Positions 7,459 to 17,291 of a stretch of DNA of 63,208 nt are shown piece by piece. This DNA is from a virus (lineage: Duplodnaviria > Heunggongvirae > Uroviricota > Caudoviricetes): IMG/VR virus record IMGVR_UViG_3300031134_000612, one strand, 5' to 3'. Each line of letters starts with the position of its first letter. Position 1 is the first letter of the stretch. The notes below the pieces were generated by a model. That model did no database searches and was not told the DNA's origin. It saw nothing but the letters and a program-made list of their open reading frames with translations. The position numbers and the translations under genes are program-made.

Positions 7459-9858
7459 ATGATAAATACAAACACAATTCTTTTGGCAAACAATTTTGTG
7501 CAAGCAACTGAGGTTGTTTCCAACACGCCTGCGACCAAAGAAGAACTGTCCACTGTATTTGCAAACATGGTTCACTATGGCTGGACTCCATCACGCGAAG
7601 TTATTGAGAAACTTCAAACCTATTCAGCCCAAGATCTAGAAGCCTTCTGGTTGGCAGTAGAACCTGCCTTTAAAGAAGTCACTGCTTCTGATCGTAATAT
7701 GGAATCGGCTGTGGTTTATAAGAATTTCCCAAAAGAAGTTCTGGATAAATCAGAAGCGGAATATTGGTTCTGCCAGATTTTGATGTATGTTGGATTCAGC
7801 CAAGATTACTTTGCTGATGATAAAGTAGAGCGTCCAGCACTCAAAGAACAAAAGAATTTGAAAGTATTGCACCTTGCTAAAGAAGATACCTTGAACACTA
7901 TCAAGGATACACTTGTGCAATCTAAAAACCGTTGGAATGATCAACAAAAAGATTTCGCTATCCAGTTGGTGACTCAAAACACCCAAGAAACTATCAATTT
8001 GAGCGATTTTGGCTTCAAAGAGAATGGTATCAACGTTATCAAGCAAGCTATTGAAAGCGGTCTTAGTTTCGCTATTAAAGACGCAACTGACGTTATGCGT
8101 TTGGCTGCAGCTATGTCTGATGCCGATGTTTCACTCAGAACCAAAGTAAAATTCAAAAAATTCACTCGTAAAGAGCGTAAGACTTTGTTGTCATTGTTGA
8201 ATAAAACCAACAATTTGGCCGATGACGTAGCAATGCGTCAACAAGACTGGAAGAAATTTATGTTCCAGCTTCACCCAAAAGATTACAATTTCCCAAAAGT
8301 GTCTGCTGTTTATGGCACGCTTTGCAATGGAGAACTCAAAAGTTTCAACGCGAAAGTTGAACATAAAGTGTTGTCGAAAGATGCCACTGTGTTTGATATG
8401 CTTTCAAACCGTCAAGGTGACTTGATGCGTCGTTTCCACAAATTGTATGAAGTGTTTGGTGAGAAGGCTGTTGATTCCATTGTAGCTCTTGTTGAGAAGT
8501 TTGATACATTGCAGTTGTTAAAGTTGAAAAAATACGTCAAAACTATCAATGAACGTGAGCATTTCATTTATGCTCCAAATGGTAATTGGACAAAAGCCCA
8601 TTTTGTCGCTCGTGTTGAAAAAGATCTTGCCGATCAAAAAGAATACGTGGCACCTGTCAAAAAAGCAAAAGTGAAAAAATCTGAAAAAGTGGCTGATGTC
8701 ATTGAACCTGCTGTTGTCGAAGTTGTAGAAACAGAAGTTGAACAACCAGCGATTACAGAAGTATCTTCGGGTGTTCCATCAATGGATGCGTTGGCAATGT
8801 TGATCGAGAAATTCAAGGGCAATCTTGAACCCGCACCACAACCGATGTTCGTGCCAACACCAAAACCAGCTTATGTAGCTTACAAAACACCTGAAAAGGT
8901 TATCTACAAACCTATTAAAAATGGTAAAGTCGCGTTGTCCAACGAAGCGATTGATACCATTGTTAATGCGGTAAATACTGAGATTGCTAAACGTATGGAA
9001 GCACTCTTCCCAGAAGGCGTAAATTTGGATTCGGCTACTCGTTCCATTAAACTTCAAACCAACGATCAAACCTTGGCTGCAAGCTATGGCCGTGGTACCG
9101 TTTTTGATATGCCAGAAAATGTAAACTTCATTCGAAGTGCAAGCTACTGGAAAATGCCAAACGTGGGTAATGTCTGGTTCGATAACGGTTGGAACTTTTT
9201 TGATGAAAGCTGGGCTGCGAAAGGTGCATGCTGCTGGAACAGTGCATACAGCTACCATGATGAAGATGGTTCTGGTTCAATCACTACGGGTGCGGTCTTC
9301 TCGGGTGACCCAGTAATCAGTCAAGATACAAAAGGTCGTGGTTGCCAGATGATTGATTTGTACATTGATCAATTAATCAGTGCTGGGGTACGTTATGCTG
9401 TTTGGAATATCTTGTCGTTTAACAGTGAGCCTTTTGATGCTGCCGAAGATTTGGTTGGCACATTGCAAATGGGTGAGAATGCAGAAGAAGGCAAGCTGTA
9501 TGAGCCAAGCCGTGCTCAATTTGTCTTTGAAGTCAAAGGTCAAAATTTGACCAAGTATGTGGCTTACCTTGACTTGGTTGAACGAAAGGTTGTTTACATG
9601 GACGCTAACTTGTATGGTCATGTACAATCTGCGGGTTCAAATGGTGTATTGTTGTCAGAAAGAATGCCAGCTTTCGTAGAGTATTTGAATACACTTCCAT
9701 CTGTGTTTGATTTGTTTGAAAGTGTAAAAGAAGGTGAAACCCCGATTTTGAACAGTGATAAAGATATCGAGATTACCACTGAACGTGCTTATGTATTTAG
9801 CAGTAGAAATACAGAAAACAGTTACGAAAAGATTGAAATTAACTCACTACTTAAGTGA
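7459..9858 (+). CDS. Large protein with C-terminal TerD-like domain
   Basis: WFDNGW...FSGDP...QMIDLYID...RYAVWNILSFNSEPF resembles TerD-fold stress proteins; helical N-terminus; Pro/Lys/Glu-rich linker. Confidence 0.55.
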   Translation: MINTNTILLANNFVQATEVVSNTPATKEELSTVFANMVHYGWTPSREVIEKLQTYSAQDLEAFWLAVEPAFKEVTASDRNMESAVVYKNFPKEVLDKSEAEYWFCQILMYVGFSQDYFADDKVERPALKEQKNLKVLHLAKEDTLNTIKDTLVQSKNRWNDQQKDFAIQLVTQNTQETINLSDFGFKENGINVIKQAIESGLSFAIKDATDVMRLAAAMSDADVSLRTKVKFKKFTRKERKTLLSLLNKTNNLADDVAMRQQDWKKFMFQLHPKDYNFPKVSAVYGTLCNGELKSFNAKVEHKVLSKDATVFDMLSNRQGDLMRRFHKLYEVFGEKAVDSIVALVEKFDTLQLLKLKKYVKTINEREHFIYAPNGNWTKAHFVARVEKDLADQKEYVAPVKKAKVKKSEKVADVIEPAVVEVVETEVEQPAITEVSSGVPSMDALAMLIEKFKGNLEPAPQPMFVPTPKPAYVAYKTPEKVIYKPIKNGKVALSNEAIDTIVNAVNTEIAKRMEALFPEGVNLDSATRSIKLQTNDQTLAASYGRGTVFDMPENVNFIRSASYWKMPNVGNVWFDNGWNFFDESWAAKGACCWNSAYSYHDEDGSGSITTGAVFSGDPVISQDTKGRGCQMIDLYIDQLISAGVRYAVWNILSFNSEPFDAAEDLVGTLQMGENAEEGKLYEPSRAQFVFEVKGQNLTKYVAYLDLVERKVVYMDANLYGHVQSAGSNGVLLSERMPAFVEYLNTLPSVFDLFESVKEGETPILNSDKDIEITTERAYVFSSRNTENSYEKIEINSLLK

Positions 9859-9904
9859 GTTTTTTTATAAAAATAAAACAAACATTACACACTACAGGTG
9901 ACCT

Positions 9905-10648
9905 ATGAAAGCAAAAATTAAAACACTGTTAAATTTAATTAAGAAGAACGATGGTCGTGGTATTGCCAGTTTTCTAAAAAAAGAGAAAGAGACGGATCAA
10001 TTAGAAAATGTAGTTCAAATGAAATTACCTCATGATTTTGTTTATTCTTTTTATGGAACAACCGTAAAAAAAGTAAAAGATAAAACCAAAGCTTTTATCC
10101 TCAGTGGTGTTTATTATGAAAACGATACCAACGATGGCAAGATAAAAATTAAGCTATCACTCACTGAGCCTTCAAAAGTCTTTGAACAACTCAGTAAAAA
10201 TGAATGGAAAATAAAAAAAATTCTTATTGATAAAGATGCTATCGGTATTATTGCTATTGATGACAATGGAAACCTTATTCCACTTGTAGAAAAAAATAAA
10301 ATCAAAAAGATTAAAGAAAAAAGTATTAAACAAAATCTAGATGGTTTTAATGGTGACAAAAAACAATTGAACGCTTTGATATTGAAGAAAAACAAATCAT
10401 TTGAAACAAAAGAAGAAAATGATAATCTTTTAAGTTTGGAATCGACCAAAGCAATAATTGTAAGTGAAGCGATACCCGCAGCGACTGAAAGTTTTGCTGA
10501 AATTACCAAACCTGTCTTGAATTTGGAAAAAGTGAAGAAAATAGTTGCTGAACAAGAACTTCAAAAGAAAGCGACTGCAATACCAAAAACACCACGAAAA
10601 ACACCTGTTCGAAAAAGAACGCCAACTGTAAAAGTAGACCCTAAATAG
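9905..10648 (+). CDS. Lysine-rich hypothetical protein
   Basis: 247-aa ORF; basic Pro/Thr tail; terminator overlaps the stop codon. Confidence 0.7.
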   Translation: MKAKIKTLLNLIKKNDGRGIASFLKKEKETDQLENVVQMKLPHDFVYSFYGTTVKKVKDKTKAFILSGVYYENDTNDGKIKIKLSLTEPSKVFEQLSKNEWKIKKILIDKDAIGIIAIDDNGNLIPLVEKNKIKKIKEKSIKQNLDGFNGDKKQLNALILKKNKSFETKEENDNLLSLESTKAIIVSEAIPAATESFAEITKPVLNLEKVKKIVAEQELQKKATAIPKTPRKTPVRKRTPTVKVDPK

Positions 10649-10658
10649 GGTCTTTTTT
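10636..10658 (+). terminator. Intrinsic terminator
   Basis: AGACCCTA-AA-TAGGGTCT-T tract. Confidence 0.7.
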
Positions 10659-10712
10659 ATTGCTTATTTTCGATGTAAATGTTATTATGATGAAAATTTT
10701 AATGAGGTAGAT

Positions 10713-11987
10713 ATGAATAACAAACATTATGCTGTCGTGATTGATACTACACAATATACAGGCAACTTTCATCGAGAAATGGCTGCATATATCACTGGAA
10801 ATATTGTAGATTCTTATCGTGGGCATGCCTTCGCCAGACAAGCGAGTGGACACGTAAAAAATAAGGATTGGATTAGTCAGCATTCTGTTGAAAAAATGAT
10901 TCGATACGATGACATTTCAAGATACACCTATTCAGACATGTTTGAACGTCCATTTTCTGAGCTTCCTACTACTCATCTCTACACACAATTAATGAATTAC
11001 TACGCTATCATTTTTTTCTTTGACCAAAAGCCACCTCTACAAGTCGTTGAAGAATTAGTAGAACGAGCACAATCGTTTGCTACGAACTTGAAAAACATTT
11101 ATGAAAATGCCCGAGAGGCACATTGCTTAGCATTAACGTCCAGTGATTTTAATAGTGGTTACTCAAAATTAAAGGGAAACGGAAAAACATTAGATATCGT
11201 TGATGTTCGTTTTTTTGAAGTTGACACTGCTCGTAAGTTGTTCGATGTTAAAAAAGATGCTTTCATTCAAGTTGAACATGAGTATGTATTCAATCGAACA
11301 GAAGATCAGTTCATGAAAGAACATAAACTCAAAAAAGCAACGACATCTGCAGAAACTGCTGCCTATACTTCAAACATAAAAAAACTCAAAAAACAAGAAA
11401 GAGAACTGGTTACTGCCTACTTTAACCGTGAAGGCGATGATTACAAACGTAGACTCAATGAAGTTTTCTTTTTGCTCTATAAAATTGATTATTTCATGAA
11501 TGATGGATTAACTATTGATGAATTGAATGTCCATTATAAGGAATTTGGAACTGAGTTATTTGATTTGAAAGGAAAGTGCTTCCTAACAAAAAACGTGTAT
11601 GCATTACCTTATGATGGTGTTCAATATGCTGTAAAACAAGAACCTGCCAATTATCTAATTGAAAAGAACGTAAACGATTTTAAAGCTATCATTGAGACTT
11701 ATCATCAAAAAGTAAAAGACGTGTATACTCATCTTGAAAATCAGGATATTAAAGATATTTGGTGTTACATTCATATAAATGGTTCTATTGAAGTGACTTA
11801 TGGAAATAGTACAGGTGTTTTGGCAATTTTTGAATTAGGTCAAGAAAAAAGTAGCTATGACTATATGAATCCAGTTAAAAAGAATGTTATTCCCAACTTG
11901 GTAGTCGTCAAAAAACTACAAACTAAATATTTTGCTAATCACACCATTAAAGATATTAATTTAAAATCTAAACAATGGTTCATGTAG
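10713..11987 (+). CDS. Hypothetical protein
   Basis: 424-aa ORF with GAGG RBS; N-terminal VVIDTTQYTGNFHREMAAYITG segment. Confidence 0.75.
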   Translation: MNNKHYAVVIDTTQYTGNFHREMAAYITGNIVDSYRGHAFARQASGHVKNKDWISQHSVEKMIRYDDISRYTYSDMFERPFSELPTTHLYTQLMNYYAIIFFFDQKPPLQVVEELVERAQSFATNLKNIYENAREAHCLALTSSDFNSGYSKLKGNGKTLDIVDVRFFEVDTARKLFDVKKDAFIQVEHEYVFNRTEDQFMKEHKLKKATTSAETAAYTSNIKKLKKQERELVTAYFNREGDDYKRRLNEVFFLLYKIDYFMNDGLTIDELNVHYKEFGTELFDLKGKCFLTKNVYALPYDGVQYAVKQEPANYLIEKNVNDFKAIIETYHQKVKDVYTHLENQDIKDIWCYIHINGSIEVTYGNSTGVLAIFELGQEKSSYDYMNPVKKNVIPNLVVVKKLQTKYFANHTIKDINLKSKQWFM

Positions 11988-12055
11988 AAAATTCTGCTGT
12001 AGTGTACTAGTTATTGATTTTAGATTTTAACTAGAACACTATTCAGTAGATTAAA

Positions 12056-13123
12056 TCAAATAGATTCCATTTCAATTAGTTGAATTTCTCTTTTCAAATC
12101 TGTGATTTTATAACCAAGCCATTTTTCAAGATAAATAATAAAAAATTGGCGAATCATTGTTGTATCATAATCAATACAGTTAGTGCGAAGCCATGTGAAA
12201 CTTTCAGAGATACTATCTTTTTTACCAAAAACAAATGAAAGATTATGTCGGTTAATATTAATTTGTAGTTCGAGTTCACCTTTAGACATCATCTCTAATG
12301 ACAGATCTCTTTTTTGATGTTTAATTTTAAGAAATGAAATTTCATTGATAGGTGTAAAAATAGAATTATTATAGTAAATGTTCGTTAGTTGGTTATCAAA
12401 ATCTAAAACATTTTCTAAAATCTTAATCGTTTCTAAAAATTGCAAGCCATCGTTAATTAATACAAAAAAATTAGCTTGCGGATCTTTTAACTGACTGTTG
12501 GTTAAAGCATTCAAGTGATCAACTACCTTAAAACTGTTAAAATTTTCTTCGATATTAATGTCAAAAGAAATATTTTGATTTAAAAAAGGATAACCATTAC
12601 ACATTTTTAATTCAAAGTGGTCATCAGCAGCAATAATGCGATAATAAATTTTACTATCTTTCTCCATATACAACAGGTCATCTGCAATAAAATTTAAGTA
12701 TTCAGATAGTCTAGTATTAAATGAATCACTGGTAAATAATACTCTAGTTTTAATAAAATCAACCAATTTGCTATTGCGACTATCACCACTAAGAATTAAA
12801 TTTTCATCACCTAAAAAATCTAGTACATAAGATTGATCAAATGGTTTAGACAAATCAAATTTACCTATAAAACAAAAATCATTAATATTATCTTTATTGT
12901 AAATATCTAAGTGAACATAATTATCAATCAGTTCCATTCTAAACTGAATTCCAAAATCAGTTGTTTTACCTGACAATGCACAATCGACTAAAAGATTTAA
13001 ATATTTATTCAACAATGTTTTATTATCTTCATCATCAAGTTCTTTAAGTGTTGTTTTCTTTAATTCAGATATGAAACAATCTTGAATAATTCCTGATTCA
13101 GCTAACTGCATATATAGAGTCAT
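12056..13123 (-). CDS. Paralog-array protein 5 (duplicated N-terminal domain), MxxI family
   Basis: YLNLLVDCAL and YLNFIADDLL repeats, NGYPFL; ends IQLIEMESI*. Confidence 0.75.
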   Translation of the reverse strand: MTLYMQLAESGIIQDCFISELKKTTLKELDDEDNKTLLNKYLNLLVDCALSGKTTDFGIQFRMELIDNYVHLDIYNKDNINDFCFIGKFDLSKPFDQSYVLDFLGDENLILSGDSRNSKLVDFIKTRVLFTSDSFNTRLSEYLNFIADDLLYMEKDSKIYYRIIAADDHFELKMCNGYPFLNQNISFDINIEENFNSFKVVDHLNALTNSQLKDPQANFFVLINDGLQFLETIKILENVLDFDNQLTNIYYNNSIFTPINEISFLKIKHQKRDLSLEMMSKGELELQININRHNLSFVFGKKDSISESFTWLRTNCIDYDTTMIRQFFIIYLEKWLGYKITDLKREIQLIEMESI

Positions 13124-13968
13124 TAAATAGTTTCCATATCAAATAAGAGTAGTTCACTTTTCAAATCTTTAACCTCGTAGTCTTTTCTTTTTTCAACAAA
13201 AGATCGGATAAAAAATTGAATAAGATTTAAATCACGACTAAAATTGTTTGATGATGTAAGTTTCAGTCCATCACAATCATTAAAATGAATGCTTATTTTA
13301 TCGTGTTCAATCTTGATTTCAACAAAAGGTGATTTAACATTAATAAATGGAGTTCTTTGACTAAAACAATGAAGAGTAAAATTGAAAGATGATTCTGCAA
13401 CAGAAACAGACGCACTGGTTGCTATGTTATTTTGATGAAAAACATTCATTAGATTATTATTAAAAAAGAAAGCTTCATCAATCAACTTAACATTACGTTT
13501 CATGTTTCGTCCTTTTTCAATATCCATAGGTGGATAGTCACTCAAAAATAATTCATGATCATAGCCGATAGAGCAATCAATATAACGATGAACATCATCT
13601 TTGGTGCCCCAGTCATCACCATCAACAGTGTCAACCTTCGAAAGAGATGCAGCCAAGGTGTGAACACTGGCCTTTTCTTTTAAATCAAAAGACAGAAAAA
13701 TACAATCATTGTAATAAGGATATGATTTTCCAAGCATAAGCCCCATGAACATATGGTCAGCACCCAATGATATTTCAACATCTAGTTCAAAATCACCATC
13801 ATAAATTAACATATCTTCAACCAGCAAGTCGAAATAAGCCAGCATTCTATTATTCTTTTGTTTAGACATTCCTTTAATATTGACACGTTTCAAATCCGTC
13901 AACATAATGGTGTGGTTGTCATTATTTGACAACATAAGTAAGTTTTCGTCTTTTTTTGATTTGGTCAT
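13123..13968 (-). CDS. Paralog-array protein 4, MxxI family
   Basis: YFDLLVEDML, KSYPYY, VKLIDEAFF; TAATG overlap with the next gene; ends LLLFDMETI*. Confidence 0.75.
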   Translation of the reverse strand: MTKSKKDENLLMLSNNDNHTIMLTDLKRVNIKGMSKQKNNRMLAYFDLLVEDMLIYDGDFELDVEISLGADHMFMGLMLGKSYPYYNDCIFLSFDLKEKASVHTLAASLSKVDTVDGDDWGTKDDVHRYIDCSIGYDHELFLSDYPPMDIEKGRNMKRNVKLIDEAFFFNNNLMNVFHQNNIATSASVSVAESSFNFTLHCFSQRTPFINVKSPFVEIKIEHDKISIHFNDCDGLKLTSSNNFSRDLNLIQFFIRSFVEKRKDYEVKDLKSELLLFDMETI

Positions 13969-14013
13969 AACATAGCCTCAAAAATAATGGCTTATTATAA
14001 CATATCTGAACAA

Positions 14014-14790
14014 TTAAATATACTTCATTTTAAACAAAGCAACGAAATCTGCATAGTCAATATCCAAAAATTCAGGAGAGTAATGATCGTACAAGTTTTT
14101 AAAGGTTAGTTTAAATAAGGTGACATCATTGTTAAAATTAGATTTTCTTACAAGGAAGCTAAAACGCTTAGTTTCAGAAATAATAACAATTTCATCAGTC
14201 CTAATAGAAAAGGCAAATGGTCCAAAATTAAAACGGGTAGACAAAAAATTTTCGCCACCACATTCAATCTCAAAAAGAGATGTTTTCACATTGTTTTTTT
14301 GAAACGGATTAAAGGGGCATTTTAATAGTTTGTTTAATATTTCATCATTGCAATAAAAAGCCTCATCAAATACCTTAACTGCATTAAAAAATAATGCGGC
14401 ATCTAAAATATTAATAGACTTATAAACGAAAGCATTTAATTGATTTGTTGTATCACCAGTGTCTATGCAACAGTTTTCTATAACATTCGATATCACTTTG
14501 TTGGTAACATGCTCTATATCACAATTAAACTTAAAAATAACTGGCATTCTGGTATTCTTAATGAATGGATAAGACTCTTTAAGACTAATACTGAATGTTT
14601 GATAATCGTAATAACAAACAACACTGGTCACCAATTGCTCGTGGTGAACAAGGATATCATCAATGAGAGCGTTTAAGAATTTTCGAATATTATCAATTTT
14701 ACTGGCAATACATTCTCTTCCACGAAGATCAATAGTGCGAAGTTCTTCAATGTTGAGTGTATAGGTATTGCCAATAATAATAGTTGTCAT
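14014..14790 (-). CDS. Paralog-array protein 3, MxxI family
   Basis: FLNALIDDIL, ESYPFI, VKVFDEAFY; ends VALFKMKYI*. Confidence 0.75.
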   Translation of the reverse strand: MTTIIIGNTYTLNIEELRTIDLRGRECIASKIDNIRKFLNALIDDILVHHEQLVTSVVCYYDYQTFSISLKESYPFIKNTRMPVIFKFNCDIEHVTNKVISNVIENCCIDTGDTTNQLNAFVYKSINILDAALFFNAVKVFDEAFYCNDEILNKLLKCPFNPFQKNNVKTSLFEIECGGENFLSTRFNFGPFAFSIRTDEIVIISETKRFSFLVRKSNFNNDVTLFKLTFKNLYDHYSPEFLDIDYADFVALFKMKYI

Positions 14791-15617
14791 ATCGCCATCA
14801 TTTCTTCTAGTGTGAACCAGCGTGCTAAATCAGTATGTTCCGTCTTCAATTGGGCATTGTAGAAACCTAAAAATAATGTAACAAATTTCTTAACACTGAT
14901 ATCCAGTAGTTGGTTTTTGTATAATGTGAAATCCATTGAATCTTCAAAATATTCAAACCTAACAGTGTTCTTATTCACTTTAATGTAAAATTCATTGTTA
15001 CACAATGTTAAATCAATGTTATTAGAATTATAATCTCTTAGATCAAAAATAGAATAATAATCTTCTGTAACATAAGCATTAACATTATACACTTTATTTT
15101 TGACAAATGATGTTAGTTTTCCATCTTGTTCAAAAGCTTTATCTATAACATCAAAGGCATAAAATACATCGAGTGCGTCAATATCAATAAAAGGTTCAAA
15201 TGAATTTTCATCATCATCTTGATTAAATTTATAGATATCATTTTTATTTAAAGTGTTAAGTGTTTTTGCAATTAAATCGCTTGTAATCATGTCAATAGGC
15301 AAATTTAAATCCAGTGGAAAAGCAACGGGATAATTGTCATCTGTTCTATTGTGGTGGTATATATCATTCAAAAAAGAAAAGAAAGGATAAGAGTGCTTAA
15401 TTCGAATAGAAAAAAAATTATGATTTAAATCTATGCTAATGCTGGTCAGTTGATCTTCTCGCATACAAAGAATGTCATCAGCTAAAATGTTTAAAAATTT
15501 AGAAATTTTATAGTTGTCAGATACAGTTACTGAATTGACTTCTGCATTCAATAAGTTGGATAACAATACAGATTGTTTACCAATTTTTAATTGACAAGGC
15601 GTAGATTCTTCGTACAT
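14787..15617 (-). CDS. Paralog-array protein 2, MxxI family
   Basis: FLNILADDIL, HSYPFF, FDVIDKAFE; ATGA overlap; ends FTLEEMMAI*. Confidence 0.75.
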   Translation of the reverse strand: MYEESTPCQLKIGKQSVLLSNLLNAEVNSVTVSDNYKISKFLNILADDILCMREDQLTSISIDLNHNFFSIRIKHSYPFFSFLNDIYHHNRTDDNYPVAFPLDLNLPIDMITSDLIAKTLNTLNKNDIYKFNQDDDENSFEPFIDIDALDVFYAFDVIDKAFEQDGKLTSFVKNKVYNVNAYVTEDYYSIFDLRDYNSNNIDLTLCNNEFYIKVNKNTVRFEYFEDSMDFTLYKNQLLDISVKKFVTLFLGFYNAQLKTEHTDLARWFTLEEMMAI

Positions 15618-15680
15618 GCAGTCTCTCCATTTTGAAGCTATTTTAGCAGATTTATTTTATGAAAGCAATGGAAATAATGC

Positions 15681-15709
15681 TTGACTTTTTGTTTTAAATG
15701 TCATATTAT
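15681..15709 (+). promoter_or_regulatory. Sigma70-type promoter of RNA array A
   Basis: TTGACT-17 bp-TATTAT. Confidence 0.8.
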
Positions 15710-15715
15710 ATACAA

Positions 15716-15898
15716 ACAGTAAGGCTATGAAATTGGTTCCTTCTACCTAATATCAGATTTACCATTTCGATTTCCATACTAACAATTACACCGAGGCTAG
15801 CATTAAGGTTCCTTCTAACTTAAACATTAAACTTAAATCGATTAAACCTTGTCAATTCCCTCAAAAAAACAAACTTGTAGTGATACAGGTTTTTTTTT
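15716..15898 (+). ncRNA. Structured RNA array A (2 units) with terminator
   Basis: GGTTCCTTCTA at 15735 and 15807, each preceded by AGGCTA and followed by GA(T/C)T..ACC..TTCC; AAACTTGT/ACAGGTTT-T8 terminator; no ORF. Confidence 0.75.
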
Positions 15899-15963
15899 GC
15901 CTAAAATAAAGTAAATAAAAAAATGAAGACTTAGATAGTCTTCATTAATATTGTAGAAATTTA

Positions 15964-16359
15964 TTAGATATGAATCATATTAAAGAGGTCAACAAATTGC
16001 TCAATGTTGTCGAATTGTTGTTCTGAGTTCATATTGATAACTGTAAGCATTAGCTGTTTAAATTGCTCTATTTTTAATGAAGACGATGGCGTAAATTGAA
16101 CACCAAAATCCCCATAGAAACAAAAAATCCTCGTATTTTCTACTTTTAATATGAAGTCTTTTGCGAAAAGATGAAAATCATACATATCAGGATCTCGACT
16201 AAAAGTAAAACCATTACAGAACTCTTCACGATTAGTTTCATCATTTTTCTGCATATCCGAACAAATTTTATGGATCGCTCCATTAGCTTTGAATAATCGG
16301 TCAACAATCATAATATTATTTAAAACTGCATTTTTCTCAAATTCTGTATAGTCACTCAT
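15964..16359 (-). CDS. Paralog-array protein 1 (C-terminal half only), MxxI family
   Basis: IMIVDRLFK aligns with the D-x-AF block of its neighbours; ends VDLFNMIHI*. Confidence 0.7.
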   Translation of the reverse strand: MSDYTEFEKNAVLNNIMIVDRLFKANGAIHKICSDMQKNDETNREEFCNGFTFSRDPDMYDFHLFAKDFILKVENTRIFCFYGDFGVQFTPSSSLKIEQFKQLMLTVINMNSEQQFDNIEQFVDLFNMIHI

Positions 16360-16442
16360 AATAGGAATCCTTTTTTAAAATAAAATATTTTAATGTAGTT
16401 AATTTTACCATAATTTTAAATAAAAAACAATGAATAAAATGC

Positions 16443-16470
16443 TTGACTTCTAGATAGAATGTGTTAATAT
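16443..16470 (+). promoter_or_regulatory. Sigma70-type promoter of RNA array B
   Basis: TTGACT-16 bp-TAATAT with TGn extended -10. Confidence 0.75.
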
Positions 16471-16476
16471 TGTAGT

Positions 16477-16653
16477 TAGATAAGGCTATGAATTAGGTTC
16501 CTTCTAAACATTCTTTTAAATGACGATTCACCTGTTCGCTTTCCATATCTACTTATTCAAGGCTATGATTACGGTTCCTTCTATTCTAATGGCAGACTTA
16601 CCTGATCGCTTCCCTTAAAACAAAAGACTTAACAGCGATGTTAGGTCTTTTTT
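16477..16653 (+). ncRNA. Structured RNA array B (2 units) with terminator
   Basis: AAGGCTATGA-N4/5-GGTTCCTTCTA at 16482-16506 and 16559-16583; ACCTGNTCGCTT(T/C)CC 3' boxes; AAGACTTAAC/GTTAGGTCTT-T terminator. Confidence 0.75.
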
Positions 16654-16718
16654 GTTTTCTATCGAAAATAGAAAAAAATCCATCAGGGAAGAAAGATTTT
16701 TTTGTTTTTCATATTAAC

Positions 16719-17120
16719 TTAATTGTTAACTTTGCAGACACTGTAAGTAACAGAATAGTAATCAACCATTTGTTGATCACCACGTTTATAGGTAACACCA
16801 TTAAAAACGATTTCAGTCGAATCGTTGATATGCGGTTGTTCATTGTAATCATACAACGTGGTTCCATTCCAGCTAACATGAGCCACTTGTCTTGGTCCTT
16901 CATTAGTAACCACCATCCAGTAAAGACCATTTAAACGATTGTAGTCACAAGTCTCTGCAACAGGTGTTTCATTAACCGTTGTATCCGCTGGTTGTTTCAT
17001 AATAATAGAACTATCATCCATGATGCCTTTTGGGCCAGTCAATGGACTTGTTAGAATATATTGAGCTTGCGAAAGAGAAAAAAAAGTAGAAATTGTTAGT
17101 AATAAAAATATTTTTTTCAT
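16719..17120 (-). CDS. Secreted protein with one Cys-bounded beta domain
   Basis: Signal peptide; C...WNGTTL...FNGVTYKRG...YSVCKVNN. Confidence 0.75.
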   Translation of the reverse strand: MKKIFLLLTISTFFSLSQAQYILTSPLTGPKGIMDDSSIIMKQPADTTVNETPVAETCDYNRLNGLYWMVVTNEGPRQVAHVSWNGTTLYDYNEQPHINDSTEIVFNGVTYKRGDQQMVDYYSVTYSVCKVNN

Positions 17121-17291
17121 GAAATTCCTAAGAATGTTTGTTTATAATTAAATATTATCATATTTTAAGAAAAAATAAATAAGGGAATAAAATATTTTTC
17201 ACCATTTAAACAATATTATATGCATTAATGCATATAATTAATGATATAAAAAAAACTTAACCGAAGTTAAGCTTTTTATAAGATTTATTTA

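Noticed and set aside
15721-16620. CRISPR array call for the GGTTCCTTCTA repeats
   Set aside because: Only two units per locus. The conserved parts are split into boxes on both sides of the variable loop and pair with each other, the loop length is irregular, and there are no cas genes. Better described as structured RNA units.
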